Of a stretch of 64,000 nucleotides of DNA, positions 35,640 to 47,872 are shown piece after piece. The stretch lies in contig OZ038378.1 in the NCBI GenBank assembly GCA_964036045.1, forward strand, positions 97,588,001 through 97,652,000, written 5' to 3'. Position 1 is the first letter of the stretch. The number at the start of each line of letters is the position of its first letter. Position numbers and translations under genes: made by a program. Source of the DNA: Eutreptiella sp. 'Long Island Sound 2002' (taxonomy: Eukaryota > Protista > Euglenida). Under the pieces are notes generated by a model. It was not told where the DNA came from. It saw only the letters and a program-made list of their open reading frames with translations, and did not search any database.

Positions 35640-37054
35640 GAGGGGTGGGCAGTGCTGTACCTGCGGCTCACTGGTGGCTAAGTGGAAATGTGAAGTTCGG
35701 GCTCATTTGGGGCTCAATTGTGCATAGCGATGTCTTTGTGCTTGTTTGTTGTGCTTTTTGCATGCTAGAGGATGTGCATTTACCATTTTTAGAAGTTTTA
35801 GATGATCACTTGGTCAAGGGTCAAGGGGGGGGGGTACTTTTTTTGGTGACGGCTCAGTTGACTGAGCGCCCGTCTGAGCCGTCACTGAGCCGTCACTGAG
35901 CCGGCTCACTTAGCTTTCACTTAGCTCTCACTTAGCTCTCACTGAGCGCGCCAAATGGCTCACTGAGCACCGAGTGAGCGCTCACTGGGAGTTAATTTGG
36001 GGCTCACTCAGGGCTCACTTAGGAACGTCTCCCCCTTCCCACCCTCTCTTCCCACCCTTGCCGGCCCACACTTCAACCTTTTCACACCAACATCGGTCCG
36101 CAGTTGTCACCATGTCTTTTCTCCAAGAACTTGAGCATGCATGCACACATACATACTTGCATACATGTACCCACCGCGACAAACATAGAAACATCCAAAC
36201 ACACACACTTCGTGAGGGACACACATATCCAAACACATACACGGACATACACCCATACACACGTCCACACACACATGCACATGCACGAATTGACAACCAC
36301 ATTCGTTCTTGATTGCAATTAACTTGCGTGTACATAAACACATGGCCACATTGAGGCATGCGCGGTGAAGGGCTCGGGAGAGATGGTTACGGGGTCGGGG
36401 TTCGGGGATATGAATCTAGCCATTTGCGTGGGTGTTCCGTGTTGCCCCATGACAATGGCACCCCCCCCCCCAACACACACACGGGCGCGCGCGCCATGAA
36501 GCACAAAATAGGGCACAAAGGATATTGCTCGCTAATGTGAGGTTCTTCATACAACCATCTTGACCTACACCATGACACATTGATCCCCCTCCCTCCATAT
36601 CCCCTCCCCTCCCCTTTTGCTTTGCTGCGTTCCCCCGCTTCCCTCGTGCGTAACCCTTCTGTTCTCTTGCCTGTCCCGTCCCCTTGTCCTGCATTTCATT
36701 TTTTTTTGCCGTGGCATCACGGGCATGATGGTGGCGGCAAAGACGATGACCTTTGCAGGTATGTTGTGCTATTATGTGTGTGGGTGTGTGTGTGCGTGCT
36801 TGCGTGTGTGTGTAGTTGTGCCCATGCGCATGTGCGCAAGTTTAGATGGTTTGTTCGTTCTTGGTTTCTCTCATTTGGTGTGTTTGTATGTCTGCTTGTG
36901 TGTGCGTGTGTGTTGGGGGGGGGGGGTTGCATGGATGGATGCGTGGGTGAAGGTGTCTTTGTGCGTGAGTGTTTGTGACTGTGTGACTGCATGCTTTGGT
37001 TCATGGTTGCCTAGGTTCGTGTGTGTATGTGGATTCGTCAATGTGTGTACGCGC

Positions 37055-37089
<35 letters not shown>

Positions 37090-37445
37090 GCAGCTGTTGT
37101 TTTGGATGTTGTTGTTGGTTTTGGTGTTGTGTGGCATAGGCTTTGATTGTGTGCGCATAACATTGTGTTTGTGGCTGGAGACGAAGGTATGGTTGTGTTT
37201 GTGCTTGTGGCTGTGGCTCTGGGTTTGCGTGCCGTTGTTGCTATGGTCGTTGTGGTAGCTCTCCTTGTGAGTGTGGCTATGGTAGTGGCCGTGGTTGCGG
37301 CTTTGGGTGTGGCTGTGGGTGTGGATGTGGGTGTGGGTGTGGGTGTGGGTGTGGGTGTGGGTGTGGGTGTGGGTGTGGGTGTGTTTCTGCAAGCTGTGTT
37401 GTGTGTGGATTTGGTTGTGGTTGTGTCAGTGTGTGTGGCCCTGCT
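35640..37445 (+). mobile_element. Non-coding microsatellite-rich dispersed element X, copy 1
   Basis: A CTCAC(T/TG)AG-rich head at 35662-36112 is repeated at 40904-41365. The (GT)n/(GTGTGG)n-rich body at 36113-37443 is repeated in inverted form at 37752-39050. Confidence 0.75.
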
Positions 37446-37739
37446 GTGGCGAAGGCTGCCGTTGCAGCTTTAACTGTGGCTGCAGCTGTTCTTTGGGTTC
37501 TGACTATAGCTATGGGGGGGGGGGGGTTAAAGAACTGCAAAGAGGGGGGCTCAATATACCATCCACCCCCTCCAAAACAAATCGCACCAAGTTTACAGTG
37601 ACAGTGTACAGTGTCAGTGTACAATGACAGTGTACGGTGAGAGCAGACGGTGAGTGTACAGTGATAGTGTAGAGTGCTAGTGTAGAGTCTTGGCCGTTGT
37701 GGCGGACGCACTGTGTGTGGGGACACATTCTATGAGACC

Positions 37740-38104
37740 TTGGGGAGTGCAGCCAGGGCCACACACACTGACAAACCAGCAGCCAAATCCAGACAAAACA
37801 CAGCTTGCATGAACACACCAACACCCACACCCACACCCACACCCACACCAACACCCACACCCACACTCACACCCAAACCCAAAGCCGCAACCACAGCCAC
37901 TACCATAACCACACCTACAAAGAGAGCTCCCACAACGGCCATGGCAACAACCTCACGCAAGCCCAGAACCACAGCCACAACCGTAAACACAACCATACTT
38001 GCATCTGCAGCCAGGAACACAATGTTATGCTTACACAATCAAAGTCTATGCCACGCAAAAGCAAAACCAACAACAACATCCAAAACAACAGCTGCAAAAG
38101 CTGC

Positions 38105-38137
<33 letters not shown>

Positions 38138-39050
38138 TGGCACACACACTGCCTTCGCGTACACATATTCACGAATCCACATATGCACACAAACCTAGGC
38201 AACTATAAACAAAAGAATGCAGTCACACACTCACAGTGACGCACAAGGACACCTTCACCCACGCATCGATCCAAAGAACCCCCCCCCCCGACTAACACAC
38301 AAACATACATACAAACACACTAAATGAGAGAAAACAAGAGGGAACAAACCATCTACACTTGCACACAGACACAAAGACACACAATAGCACAACATACCTG
38401 CAAAGGTCATCTTCATTGCCGCCACCATCATGCACTTAATGCCATGGCCAACAAATAGGAAAGGCATGGCAAGGGCACGGCAAGGAGACGCGACAGGCAA
38501 GATAAGAGAAGGGGCTCACATGGGGTAAGCGGGGGGACGCGGCATGGCAAAAGGGGAGGGGAGGGGTTAAGGAGGGAGGGGAATGAGTGTGTCATGGTGT
38601 AGGTCAAGATGGTGGTATGATGAACCTCAAAAAAGCGAGCAATATCCTCTGTGCCCTATTTTGTGCTTCATGGCACACGCGCCAGTGTGTGTGTTTGGGG
38701 GGGGTGCCATTGTCATGAGGGAACAAGGAACACCCTTGCAAATGGCTAGGTTCATATCCCTGAACCCCAACCCCGTAACCATCTCTCCCTAGCCCTTCAC
38801 TTCACATGGTTCAATGTGGCCATGTGTTTATGTACACGCAAGTTAATTGCACACAAGAACGAACGTGGTTGTCAATTTGTGCACGTGCATGTGTGTGTGG
38901 ACGAGGGTATGGGTGTATGTGTGTGTATGTGTTGGATATTGGTGTCCCTCACGAAGTGTGTGTGTTTGGATGTTTCTATGTTTGTCGCGGTTGGTACATG
39001 TATGCAAGTATGTATGTGTGCATGCACGATCAAGTTGTTGGAGAAAAAGA
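37740..39050 (-). mobile_element. Element X copy 2, body (inverted arm of foldback)
   Basis: Reverse-complement homolog of 36113-37443; ends next to CTATGAGACC (37730-37739), the reverse complement of GGTCTCATAG at 40866-40875. Confidence 0.8.
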
Positions 39051-40800
39051 CTCGTGGACCCCGAGCCGCCCTATATGGGATCTGGAGGGAGTGGCACGCG
39101 TCCAACCAGGCACGCCGGCCCCTGCTGATGGGAGACGCGCTACGGCTAACGGGCGAGGGGTCGGCCACCTTCCTCCACAGCACTGCCCCGGCCCTCCTGC
39201 ACGCCTTGAGGACGCGCCATTGGGCGGACGAGGCCTCGTACCTGAACCTGGCACGGGCAACGTACCCGGGGGGAGTGTCCGAGCTCCGCTCCATCTCCTA
39301 CACTCGAAAAATGAGGACCTGGAGGTGGGGGAAGTTACGATATTCGTGGAAGGCGCGTGCGAGGCACCACCCCCCCCCGCCCCAGCAACCCGGTGTACGA
39401 CGGAACGAGGCCCACCCCTCCGTACGCCGCCGTGTGCGACGCCTTCCCCCGGGAACCCGCCCGGTGCCTCGCCCTCCCGCCGGCCACCCACATGCCGCGC
39501 GGTTGTGCCCACCCGCTCCTGCCCTCCCCTCCTCTCCAGGACGAGGCGCACCCATCACAGGGAACGCCCTCTGGCACGAGCACCCATGCTCCCCCTTGCT
39601 CCTCCTCGTCGTCACAATGCGTGGGGACCCGAAGCAGGTCGTGGGGGCCATCCCGGCTCACCTCTACGGGCGGCACGGGGCGGCGCCGTACCCTGCCCCG
39701 CTCTCGCGGCGACCGAGGCTCGTGACGAGGTACACACCTTCCTGCGTATCCGGGAGGTCACCGCCATATGTGGAGTCCACTTGGTGCGGCTCCCCTCGGC
39801 GGCCCCCGACGACCCTCGCGGGCCCAGGGCCCCGAGCCCCATCCCGGGGTGCGAACTATGGCGCACCGAATGGGCCGAGTGGCTCGCGCGCCTCCCGACG
39901 CAATGCAGATGTATGGGAAATGGCCCCTGACCCCAGGGTCGCGACCACCGCCTGCCGCCCCACCCCTGGCAGCGCACAGCACCGCGCAGGCCACACCACC
40001 GGCGCACCGGCGAGTGAGAGGGACGGCACGGAGCGCACGGCCTGGCGATACGCGCCAGCCACACTGCATATGCCTGATAGCATTGCCAAGATGTCGGACT
40101 CTGATGGCTCCCCCAGCGGGACGACCGGCTCCACTGCCGGTCCCGCTCCCGCTCCCCCGTCTCCCCGGGGTGCGAGGGGGAAACCTCCGCAGAGCGCGAG
40201 GAGCGGCAGCTGGCGGAGGCTGCGGTCCCGGCGGAGCCGCCGTCAGGGCAGCCACAGGCGCCCCGCGCGACCCCGAGGTGCCGTCCCCCGAGCTGGCGCC
40301 TTGCGAGGCCACCCCCCCCGCCACCACGCAAGCACGCGGGGCTGAGGCCCCGGACGCTTCGCCGGGCCGGCCGCGAGGAGCTGCTGCAGCCGGGACGCAG
40401 AGCGGAGAGGGCGCCAAATACCGCGCCCTCACACAGCCCAGCCACACCCAGCTGAGCCCCCGAAGTCCTACCCGCCGAAGGGACCCCCGGCACCCCGGAT
40501 TGCCTCCCCCGAAGGGCGGCAACGGGACGCCACGGGCGCCCCCCCCCCCCCCAGCGCACACCGGCGGCCACTGTCACGCTGCCGCGGCGAGTGGTCCAGG
40601 GCGGGCCCGGGGGGGGCGAGAGGGGCCACGGGGACGATGGTCTGGCGGGTCCGGGCGCGCAAAAGGGAGGTGCAGGTGTAGGGCAACGGTGCCACGGAGC
40701 GGAGGGCAAGGGAGGGAAGCACAAAGGCTCAAGAAAATACGGACCCAGATGCAGGAACCCTGGGGGGGGGGGCTCGTTGGCCTTAGACAAGCGGATGTAG
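39051..40800 (+). mobile_element. Inverted retroelement segment: pre-RT linker, decayed RT regions 0-2, Pro/Ala-rich ORF
   Basis: 39060-39390 is homologous to 47180->46850 (AALYGIWREWH; EDLEVGEVTIFV); 39390-40790 is homologous to 19520->17905. Confidence 0.7.
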
Positions 40801-40875
40801 TGGGCAAATTTAGATTGGATTAGGTCGTTATCAATTAAAAAGCAAACCCTCAGGGGGGGGGGGGGGGTCTCATAG

Positions 40876-41369
40876 TAGCGTTTGAAGTGCTACTCGCTGG
40901 ACTTGCGGCTCACTTGGAAATGTGAAGTGGGGGCTCAGTTGGGGCTAAAGCGGCTCATTTGGGGCTAAGTGGTGTTTTTCAAGGGGTTTCATGTGAAAAC
41001 TTGTGCCTTTCGGGGGTGGGTTGGGGTTTTGGAATGTCCCCAAAGGGATCCCGCTCCCTAGTGCAAGAGGATTCAACCGGGGCAGGCGGTTATTTTTTTT
41101 CTACGGCTTAGTTGACTGAGCACCCCGACTGAGCCGTCACTGAGCCATCACTGAGCCGGCTCACTTAGCTTTCACTTAGCTCCCGCTTAGCTCTCACTAA
41201 CCGCCAAATGGCTCACTGAGCGCTGGGTGAGCGCTCACCGGGAGGTTATTAGGGGCTCACTAAGGGCTCAATCAGGAGTTTTTCTCCCTTTCCGCCCTCT
41301 CCTCCAACCCTTGCCGGCCCACACTTCACCCTTTTCACACCAACATATGTCCACAATTGTCACCACGAG
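40876..41369 (+). mobile_element. Element X copy 2, head (displaced by inversion)
   Basis: Homologous to 35662-36112; preceded by GGTCTCATAG. Confidence 0.75.
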
Positions 41370-44300
41370 CCCCGGTTGCACGGCGTTCACAACCCGAAGC
41401 ATCGCCGGGAGCGGCGTGGGGACACCTGCCCCGTTGAGGGCCCGGACGGCGGGGAGGGCACCTTAGCGGAGGAAGGTGCCCATGCTGCTTGCCAGATCTT
41501 GCGAGGCAGCAGCATGCGCCGTGTGCGCCTGTGCCACTGCACCCGACACGAGGCCCTGCACGGCCGCCTCTTGCGCACGGCGGCGGGCCCGTGCATGCGT
41601 TGGCCCGGTCCCCCGTCGGCGGGGCATCTTGATGTGGGTTCTACGGTGCGCGGTGCTGGGTGGTGGTTAGGACGTGAACACGTGCGACAAATGTGCGACG
41701 GACGTGGGGTCCCTCAGGTGCACGTGGGTCCACAGGAGGGCGGCAGCCGCGGGGCCTCCGTGGCCGTGCGAGGAGGTCCGTCCACTTTCGATGCGACGCA
41801 ACAGTGCCGCCTCCTCCGTGCGCTGATGCGGGCCCGGGGGCGGCTCTGCCCAGGGGCATGGGACCACCTCGGAGCACTGCGCGCACCTGTTGGTGCCTGC
41901 CGGCATGGCGGAGGACACCGTGTCATGCACGCCGCAGAGGTGGCAGGTGTGCGGGAGGTGGGGGGCCGGAGACCAGGGGTCGGGTCGGTGGAGCCAGCGA
42001 TCATCCCAGCGCTGACGGAGGGAGTCCCGGAGCTGCAACAGGCGGGCGCGGACGCAGCGACGGTAGTCTCTAACGAGCGTCTTCTTCCGGACTGCCTGCC
42101 ACGTGTCCGTACGGAGCACCCCATGGTTGTGGAATGCCGCGATGAGGTCATCCCACTCCGGGCGAGGGTGCTCCGGGCGGCCGACACATAGGTGTCGTGG
42201 CCGTGGAGGTGGGGCATAAGGGCGTCCCACCGGTGCCCGCTGGCACCCGTCGGGTGGAGGAGGGCCAGCAGGTCGTCGCTGGCAACTGCCTCCCAGCCTG
42301 CCCTCACTTCTGGGTGGTCGTCCAGCTCGCGGCGTAGCGCGGTGGCGAGGGCGGAGGGGTGCATGAGGAGGAGGGGCCCCGGGAGGCCGCCCAGGCGGGA
42401 CAGGGCGTCATCGTACGCGGGTCCCCCCTTCTTGGAGTGCGCCACCGTTAGCCGGGTGCCATCTCCGTCGGAGGGGAGCCACTAGACGGTAGCCGCGTCC
42501 CGTTCCCAACCACGTATCTCAGTGGCCGGTAGTACTTTGGCCGCATGCAGCACGAGCCGGGGGGGGGAGGGGCTTCCGGAGGAGCCAGGATATGTCGCCC
42601 CGCCATCCCGTATGGGTTTTTGGGGCCGCACACAGCCACTCCGCGGCCTCTGTGTCCCCATGGGCGCTTTGGGCCCACCCCGCGGACCGTTGTGGGTGCC
42701 GGTCGGGTGTGCGGTCTCCATCAGCGGGACGGCGGCGTATCGCTCCGCCGGGGTCTCCGGGGGGCGCGTTGCCGCGCACCACCAGCACCACCCTTGCGCC
42801 CATTCCGCACCTACGATGCGCGCTTCCCACGCGGTCATAAAGTTGCGTCCAATGATCCACGGGGGGAAGAGCGTGCTCTGGAGGTGCCTCGAGAAACCTC
42901 CCGGCGAGGCCTGATAGGGGTGGGGGTGCTCCTGGGCGAGGCACTCCAGCGTGCCATTCACCAAAGCGGAGGAAGGCCACGAAGTCCCTACTCGGGCGCT
43001 AGGGAGAGGGGGGTGAGTCGCCCTGCGCCGCCGTGAGCCACCGGTGCACCTGGGCCGCCGCGCTGTGAGGCGTGCGCAGGAGTTGTTCCACCCTGTGCTT
43101 GCGGAGCTCCCATGCAAAGTCCCCGAACCGGAGCATGTGTTGGAGGAAGACGTCCACGGAGGTTTCCCTTGGCGGGTCGTAGCGGGTGATTGTGCGGAGC
43201 GGCGCCTCCGCAGCGTCAGGCACCAGCCCGAAGCAGAATACCTCCGTCCACTCCGCCCCGGCGGAGCGCCACGAGGCGACCCACAGCGCCTTGTCCCCGG
43301 TCGGGAGGTGTCGGGCCGCTTCTTGTAGCGCCTGGCGGTAGTGTGGCCACAGTAGCCGCGAGTGGGTGCAGCCCATGGGCATGTGTACCGGGTTCTCCTC
43401 CTTGCCTCCGCAGATGAGGCGGGTTGGAGGGATGATGGACACGCCGGAGAGCCGTTCTTTTCGGGTGCGGAGCCTGCGTTGCCCCGGTGTGTGGCCGTCC
43501 CTGGCCCGCAGGGCCCGGTGGTTGGTGGCTGCCGCGGTGAGGTCCCGGGTGTGGACGTAGGCCGAGGCATGGGCGATGCCCAGGGGCGTGTGTCCTCGGT
43601 GCGTCGACGCATGGTTGTGTTGTGCTCTCTCGGCCACGGCACCAAGTGTCCGCATGGTGGGTGGCCGCAGCTCGAGGTAGCCATCGTCGCCGGCGACAAT
43701 GAGCTGGGCGTGGCTGAGGCCTGGCGTGTGTGTTCTGCACGACGGCGTCCTGGGACGCCGCCCAGTCCGCCTTGTGCAGCACCGCGTCGCTGTGGTTGGA
43801 GGTGGCGCGGGCGAACCAAAAAGGGTGCTCAGTATGCCGCCCGCGCACGCTCAAACTGTCCCTCAGCCATTTCAGGGGCAGCTGGGTGACCCCCTTTGCC
43901 GCCCCCGCAGGGACCCCCGTGGTCCTCTCCTGGTCCGCATGTATCAAGAGGTGGAGTATGACTTCGGAGTACACCGTGTGGACCCGTGGTCTATGGGTGC
44001 CGTATTGCAAGGGGAGAAAGGCGGCCACCCCCTCCCCATGGGGTACTGTGCCCGGGATGGCTACTGCGGGTGTGGTCAGCCACGAGGGCTACGCCGGTGG
44101 CGTGCCTGCAAGGCCCGCCCCCCGACGCATCGGAGGACGTGTGGGCCCCGGCCTCCGGGATCCAGTAGTATCCGGTGGGGTTGAACCATCGCGCGTTGAG
44201 GGGCGTGGAGTGCCACCTGACATCGGGGTGGGCGGGGGTCAGCTGGTCGACGCCCGGGGCCATCGTGCTATCTCGGTGCCGCCGGGTGGTCGTGGAATCA

Positions 44301-47300
44301 GACCTCAGCTCCGGCCATGGTGCTTGGCCAGGACGGGAGCGCCGTTAGGCGCTCCCAGAGCCACGCCGGGGTCTCCGCGTTGGTGCAGCACCAGGTGCCC
44401 TGCGACGTCCGACTGGTCTTCCAGTGCGTGTGGCGCCATGTGTGGGTCATGCGGCGCCGCTGTGGCCACAAGTAGGGTAGCGTCACGGGGCAGCCCCCGG
44501 GGGCCTGGGCTGGCCTGCCTCCACGTGCACCACCAACCACTATTTCGAGAGCCGTGCTTGCTCCGCCGCCTGGGCACACTGGTCGTCCGTCGTCACCATC
44601 CACAGCGGTGCCGGCGCGTGGGGCGGCGGGTGCAGGGGTTCCGGCCATGCCACGTCCGCGTTGGGCGCCCGGTGTTCGCCGTCGACTAGGACTTGTGGAA
44701 GGATGTACATGAGGGCTGCCGGCGGATGGTATGCTACCCCGCAGGTAGAGGGGGCCGGGTCGCCCTTACAGCGGTAGCCGCCCACATGGAGGTGTAGACC
44801 GTCCGGGGTCATCCACGGGCCTATGTGGGGAGCTTGTTTGGCCCTTGTGGGGTGGATGAGTCGCAAGCGGGTGTCCTAGGGCCTCGCGCCACCCGGGGTG
44901 GTTTGTGGGTCCTTGTTCTTGGCGGCAGTAGTGGAGGTGCTCTTCAACGCACTGGTCGAGACACTCCCTCACCGCCGCCGGCCACGGGTCATCGTTGCGC
45001 GGGAAGGGGTGGTGCGGCCCGTGGTTCCCGTGCCAAGGCGTTGTGTACGGCACCGTGAGGCGGCATGTGTCCCGGTGCCGTAGCTGGGCGGTGCGCAGCG
45101 TAATGACGTTGCCCGGCGGGGACTGTAGTTGGACGTGGGCTACTCTGGGGCACTCGATGGCGTTGTAGAGCCCCGGGCGGCCAGGGCCCGGGGTATGCGA
45201 TGGACCCAGTCACCTCCCGCCAGAGACGCGAATTCCGGGACGGGGTAGGGCACCTCAGGGCAGATGTCGTGGGCGCCAGCGATCTCCCAGAACATCTTGG
45301 CGGCCTGCACACAGAGGCCGCGCGGTGGTGGACGAGGGTGCCCACGAGGGCCACCGCTGCCTATTGGCACAGCGTTGGTACCTCCGTTAGTCCCAAGGCC
45401 TGCCGTCTTGCAGGCTGTCCCGGGAGGCGTCGAAGGCATACCGCGCCCTATGCTTCGCGACTTGGGTAGTGACGTGGTCCAGGTACCGTGCGGTGTTGGA
45501 GTCGTCGGCGCTGAAGGGTGCGACGTACTGTATCACCCCTCCCCCCAAGGACCGCCGGGATCACATCTTGTATCACCTTCGGCGGCGCGAGGTTGTTGAG
45601 GCACCAGTGGTGCAACGCCGCCAGGCGTAGCCGGTGCTTGTGCTGCAGGCAAAAGTCCCCGTCCGGCTGCAGCTAGAGCCCCAAGTAGGGGACGGAGTCT
45701 GCCGCCGGTACCCAATGCCAGGGGTCTGCTAGGTGAGGGCAGAGGCGCAGGTGTAGGCCCGCGACTCCCTCCGTGGTGGCCATGGCACACTTGCGGGGGT
45801 TGAGCTCCATGCCCATCATCCCCATGTACGTGGCGACCGCCTCTACGCCTTCAGCGAAGTCCTGCAGGGTGTGGGCCAACACGAGCAGGTCAGCGATGTA
45901 GGCCTAGATGAGGCCCCTCTCGGCCTCTCCCGGCGAGCGCAAGCGGTGCCACTGGGCTCTGAGCAGAGGCTCTAGGACGAGGGCATACAGAAGGCGGCTC
46001 TCGGGGTTACCCTGCCTGACCCATCGCTGCTTGTGGACCGGCTGCGTGAGCCCGTGTGCGCTGGCAATGCGCAGTCGGGCCGCCGCGTGGAGGAACAGCA
46101 GGAGGTCGATGACCGCCGGCGGCACGGAGAGGTGGCGTAGGATGAGGTGGAGTGCTCCGTGCGGGGCGGTGTTGAAGGTCTTGCGGGCGTCGAAGGAGAA
46201 GATGTAGTTGGGTTTCCCCCGCTCGAGCTGCCGCTGCGCTGCGAACAGGGGGGGCCCGGTGTTGGAGCCGGGGAGGGCCCCTTGCTTCCAGTCACTGAAC
46301 ACGCCGTGTCGCGTGAGCACGTCCGCGATCCGCTGGGTGAGGGGGCCCGTGAGCAGCTTCATGTCCAGCCGGCCCAGGTCGATGGGCCGGTAGTCATCCG
46401 GCTTGGCGGGGCTTGGGACCTTGGAGCTTAGCCACATGTGCGCACATGCCGGTAGTTCAGCGGCGGGGCACCCCTGAGCATGGCCCGGTAGGAGTGGACG
46501 AGGAGCCACTGGACGGGCACCGGGAGGTCCCGTCTATACCAGGTTGGTTGGGCGAGGGCGGCGGGGCGCTTCACGAGCGCCCTTCACGAACACTGCGAGC
46601 TCCCCTACCTCTAGGTCCTCCTCCGGCGGGCGAGGGGGCCGGTGAGCAGCTTCATGTCCAGCTGGCCCAGGGCGATGGGCCGGTAGTCATCCGGCTTGGC
46701 GGGGCCTGGGACCTTGGAGCTGAGCCACATGTGCGCATCTCGCCGGTAGGTCAGCGGCGGGGCGCCCCTGAGCATGGCCCGGTAGGAGTGGACGAGGAGC
46801 CACTGGACGGGCACCGGGAGGGCCCGTCTATACCGGGTTGGTTGGGCGAGGGCGGCGGGGGGCTTCACGAGCGCCCTTCACGAACACTGTGAGCTCCCCT
46901 ACCTCTAGGTCCTCCTCCGGCGGGCGGAGGAGGTGCAATGCTGCATCCAGCTCGGACATGCCCCACTAGCATGCGGTTGGCTCCTGGTTCAGGGTTGGGG
47001 CCTCGGCCGCCGTATGGTGTGCCAGCAGGGCGTGTAGAAGGGCTGGCGCTCTCATGTGGAGGGAGGTGTTGCAGCCCTCGCCTATCAACAGCACCGCATC
47101 GCCTACTGACAGGGGTCGACCTGACCGGTGAAAAAGTATGCCACTCCCTCCAGATCCCGTAGAGGGCGGCCTCAAAGTCCATGAGCCCGCGATGCGCGGC
47201 GTTACCGATCCACGGTATCGCCGGGAGCTGAGTGGGGGCGCCCGCCCCGTTGAGGGCCTGAAAGGCCGGGAATGCGGCCTCGCGGAGGAAGATCCCCATT

Positions 47301-47395
47301 CTGCCAGCCAAATCATGGGACACAGAGGCATTTGCGGCGTGCGCCTCCGCCAGAACATGAGCCACTAGGTTCCGCACCACCGCCTCTTGCCTACC
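41370..47395 (-). mobile_element. GC-rich non-LTR retrotransposon relic: RT, RNase H, CCHC, long C-terminal region
   Basis: DDYRPIDLGRLDMKLL, YIFSFDARKTFNTAPH, VRQGNPES, YIADLL (45900), YLG, RNase H-like SSDASGGG...WFARATSNHSDAVLHKADWAA and ICGGKEENPVHMPMGC. Confidence 0.88.
46340..46925. repeat. ~293-bp tandem duplication within the RT N-terminus
   Basis: 46340-46632 and 46633-46925 both encode HMWLSSKVP..KPDDYRPI.LG.LDMKLLTGPL, with several substitutions. Confidence 0.9.
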
Positions 47396-47872
47396 ATCAA
47401 AATATTGTTCCGGACAGAGTGTCGACGTCTGTTTGAGCTCATATCGCACATAGGGTCGGAATTGCAAAATGGGACAAAATAAAAGCCCTTCTGCATGGTT
47501 TGTGTCTACGCTTGTCATTGTGTAGTGTCACATCCCTCCCGCAAGTGCAAATGTCACCTGGAGGGAATACAATGGTCTCCTGTCTCTTGGTGGGAGTTTA
47601 GGGTCGCGCAAGCGGTTAATAGTGCGCATGGCAAGCATGATATATCGGCTTGTCGTCTTGTCGTGCCCAACGGTCGACAACATTGCTTTTGTCTATCGTT
47701 GACCCACCGAGCCTATGACTTTAGGTTCAATGGTGACGCGGGGAAGCTCATGTTATCACGTTTCTACCCCCCCCCCACCATTTCACTTGGACAGGCGGCC
47801 ACGATGTGCGTGGGACTATCACAGCTAAGTTGCGGCAACACATAAGGAAAAGACCAGATCATCCCGTTCGCT

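Noticed and set aside
36015-39128. His/Thr- or Val/Cys-rich ORFs
   Set aside because: Artefacts of (CA)n/(GT)n and (GTGTGG)n microsatellites.
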